Part shown: piece after piece, positions 60,990 to 64,000 of the stretch
How the letters are laid out: each line of letters opens with the position of its first letter
How positions within the stretch are numbered: position 1 is the first letter of the stretch
NCBI GenBank assembly: GCA_964016885.1
Contig: OZ024744.1
Span: 67,022,001 to 67,086,000 of the forward strand
DNA length: 64,000 nt
Direction of reading: 5' to 3'
Source: Eledone cirrhosa
Taxonomy: Eukaryota
The notes under the pieces: model-generated
The model's input: only the letters and a program-made list of their open reading frames with translations
Database searches by the model: none
Told to the model about the DNA's origin: nothing
Program-made: the position numbers and the translations under genes

Positions 60990-63900
60990 ATAATAAATAA
61001 CTTATAATAAAAAGTTCTTTATTGGCCACAAGGACCGACATATAGGGGACAATGCAAGAAGAAAATCCAGAAACAGTGGGGTTTACAAAATCGAATCGAG
61101 TTAAAAAAGTAAAACAACAAAATTCCCCAATAGGAGGAGTACCACCCAGGCGTAACTTAAGGACCCCACTAATCCTAAACCAACCTACTCCCATAGGAGG
61201 GCAGTTTTCTCCTCTCAAAACTATCGAGCCTACAGGCGCATGGTCAGTGTAGGCCCTTTCACTCGGGCCATCATACATTCACCCACCTTTTAATAAATGT
61301 ATTGGGGGACAGCAATTCCCTCTTCACCCTCACCTTCCTTTCCAAGTGGAACTTGAAAACGTCAGTGAGTGATTGGCCGAAAATAAATGTTTCTGTTTTC
61401 AGTCCTTTCAGTTGCGTCCATCACACAACCTTTGTCACCACAGCCACAAAACAGATGGAAACTGTCTGTACTTCCCGACCAAAAGAAAGTGGTGGGAGGC
61501 GATCTTCACGATGGATTCGTTTGATAGCCAGATCCGCCTTACACGTGATAATAGCTGTTCGCCAAAACTTCATAAGTCAGTAATGCACAGACACTGGACG
61601 AGTGCGTGCAGAGTGATATGGTTGCTCTGCGCATATCTCGGACATGTCCATCGGACAGCACTTCCGTTTGTTTCGGACGGTAGCACTGTAATACCAGTGA
61701 TTTCTGGAAGATGTCTATAGTCCCCGGCTGAATGTTCTTCGGAACAGATTGACTAGTTAGATTTTGTTTACGTCCAGAGACTCTTCGAGAATGTCGTCGC
61801 ACTTGCGCACCACTTGTCTTCTATAGAACACTAGAGAGGAATTTCCACTAACATTGAAAAACTGGTAGAGAGCTGTGAGTGTCTGACAACATTCCAGATG
61901 TCAGGCGCTCAATCTCGGTCTTCGCTTTACCTACGACTGCAACGGAGTCAAAGTCGTGAGCTGTGGAAAAACTTGTCTGTTAGACGGCGACCACACCAGC
62001 TCACCGTTTGGGAACATCTGGAGATGCTGTAGCCTCAGCGCATGTTTGTACATCATCAACCACGGTTTTCCCAACCCTATTATGCAGTAGCAGATAGACC
62101 ACCGCACTAATGGAGCCTGTTCTTTCCACAAGAATTTGAAGTGCAGGGGATCCAGTTTGACGAAGTGTTTACGGGGACCAAGGAACGAAGGCCAGGCGGT
62201 AATAGATGACCGACACGATGTACGCGTTTGCCATACACACCCAACCTTTTGGGGGTAGTTTCCTCTTGGTCCGTTATGGGTCCCAGCATGCGTCCAAAAT
62301 GCCATTCCAATCTGTCACTAATAATAAAGGGCGTGACATTTTTTGAAAGGCATCCGGGCGCCTGAAGAAATCCGGCCGTTGAGCCTCGGTCGGTGCGTAG
62401 ACGGTCACTAGTCTAAAGGCACCACCTTCTCTTTTGCCCACATCCAGGACCACCAACATATCGTCCTGGTTCAGGAAGATCGTCCGTGCATCGAAATCCA
62501 GACCTTTCCTAAAAAGGACTGCCATCCCGCCTCGCCTCCAATTTCATGCCGAGTAAGAGATTGTTAGATCTCAAAATCGTTAAAAATGGACGCTAATGCA
62601 CGCGTGTCGGAAATCCTGATTTCGTTGACGGTAGTCCATATCCAATTACCTGAGGTCGTTCACCAAGAGACTTTGTTTCCTTGACGGATGACCCGAGACC
62701 ATAAACATTTAAACACCCCACTTTTAGAATTGCTATGTTGGCTGGTTGATTAAAAGAGAGAAGTGGGGCTATTTACCTTCCGGGTGCTGTTTGAGATCGG
62801 GTGGTTCGACCTGCATATCTGATGAGGCTTCCTCTGGGAAACCCTTTAAAAACCTTCTCGTGGCTTTTATGTTAGGAGTTTCCACATCGTGGAGGAGGCA
62901 ATTGCTAATGTTCATGTTAGCACCTAGCGACATTCACACCATCATTAGTGTTTCAAGCACTTTGAAAGTGCTGGTGCCGAAAATCTCCCCCTCTTTCTTA
63001 ATGTTCTCACTTCGTGATATGAGGTTCATTAGTTTTATTTGCCTTCCTCACTAACACTAGGTTCGGTGTATGTGTTGTTTGCTGTTGGTTTTGTGTGTTG
63101 GTTTTCTTTAAGTTATGGTTGTTTGTGGTTGTGGTAGAGTTGATGGTGGTGTCGATGGTGTTTGTGTTGTCAGTTGAGGTGGTGGTGAAAGTGGTGTTGT
63201 TTCAGATGTGTTTGCCTTTGGTGTGTGTGTATTTTCTGGAGTGGGTATTGGTGACTGGTAGGGTGTGTTGTCTGATTTATTAGATTTATTATTTTCTTAG
63301 TGTCTTTTTTTTTTAGTTTTTGCGGTTCCCCTTCTCATTCACTGGGAGATGACGAGGTGATTGCATCTGATAATGGTGGTGGTGGAAGTATGTTTGTGTC
63401 TTTGTGTATGTGTGTGTTTAGAACGAGTGGAGTGAGAGAGTGAGGTGGAAAAGGAGAGCTTTCTTGACGGACCCCCCTGGGTGGTTTTATTGGAGTGTGT
63501 TGTTGTTGGTCTTATTGGTGTGTTGGAGTTACTGCTGTTGTTGGTGTTGTTGGTGCCACAGTTGCTGTTGCCATTAGCTGTTGATGCTGTTGAAAGCCCT
63601 GGTGTTGGCAGCAATAGTACTCTGTGGTTCCCGACTGTCTTCTGTAGAGAGAAGATAGCTCTTAGGTATGTAGTTGGTCCACATCGGTGACACATAGACC
63701 TTTTGCTCTCAATGACCACCCGTAGCTCTACTCCACTCTGAAAGCGCATTAGCTCTAGGATCTTGTCAATATCCTCTGGTTTGATATGGAGAAGTATCTC
63801 CAGGCTGATCCCAGAACAGTTCTATCTCCAGATCCCATTTACCTCCAGGAACGTTTCCCTTTCATCTAGGACGATGCATGCTATGATCCACAGGATGTTT

Positions 63901-64000
63901 AATTCTGGTGGGATCCCAGTAATTCGGATATTCAGTGTCCTTCTTCCCATGTAAGAGGGAAATACTATGAAATGATTCGTTTTACAGGGTATCACAGAGT
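60990..64000 (-). mobile_element. L1/Tx1-like LINE, decayed, RT apparently deleted; runs off the window end
   Basis: ORF1 remnant with CHRCG knuckle (about 63670-63700); APE motifs GCLNV, FRLVTVYAP, LLVTDWNGILD (62270-62730); C-terminal remnants; aataaa and AT-rich tail. Confidence 0.7.

Overview
AT-rich, microsatellite-dense eukaryotic repeat DNA with no recognisable host protein-coding gene. The tRNA-derived SINE family present in about 12 copies resembles octopus SINEs, so a cephalopod source is likely (inference). Contents: decayed Gypsy, R4/Dong-like, RTE, CRE-like and L1/Tx1-like retroelements, hAT-like and TA-flanked MITEs, three Helitron derivatives, and many Penelope-like elements (PLEs; RT plus C-terminal GIY-YIG) inserted in (TA)n tracts. 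The main signal is an RNA-level one. By manual folding I find about 10 sequence-distinct families of type I hammerhead-ribozyme (HHR) motifs, roughly 25-30 full, degenerate or half copies, in PLE pseudo-LTRs. Several have variant catalytic cores. Many sit in fold-back palindromes whose apex lies in or just 5' of the ribozyme. One HHR-plus-(TA)n cassette has been captured by three Helitron derivatives. Most ORFs in the supplied track are microsatellite artefacts. All structures were read by eye; nothing was searched or computed.
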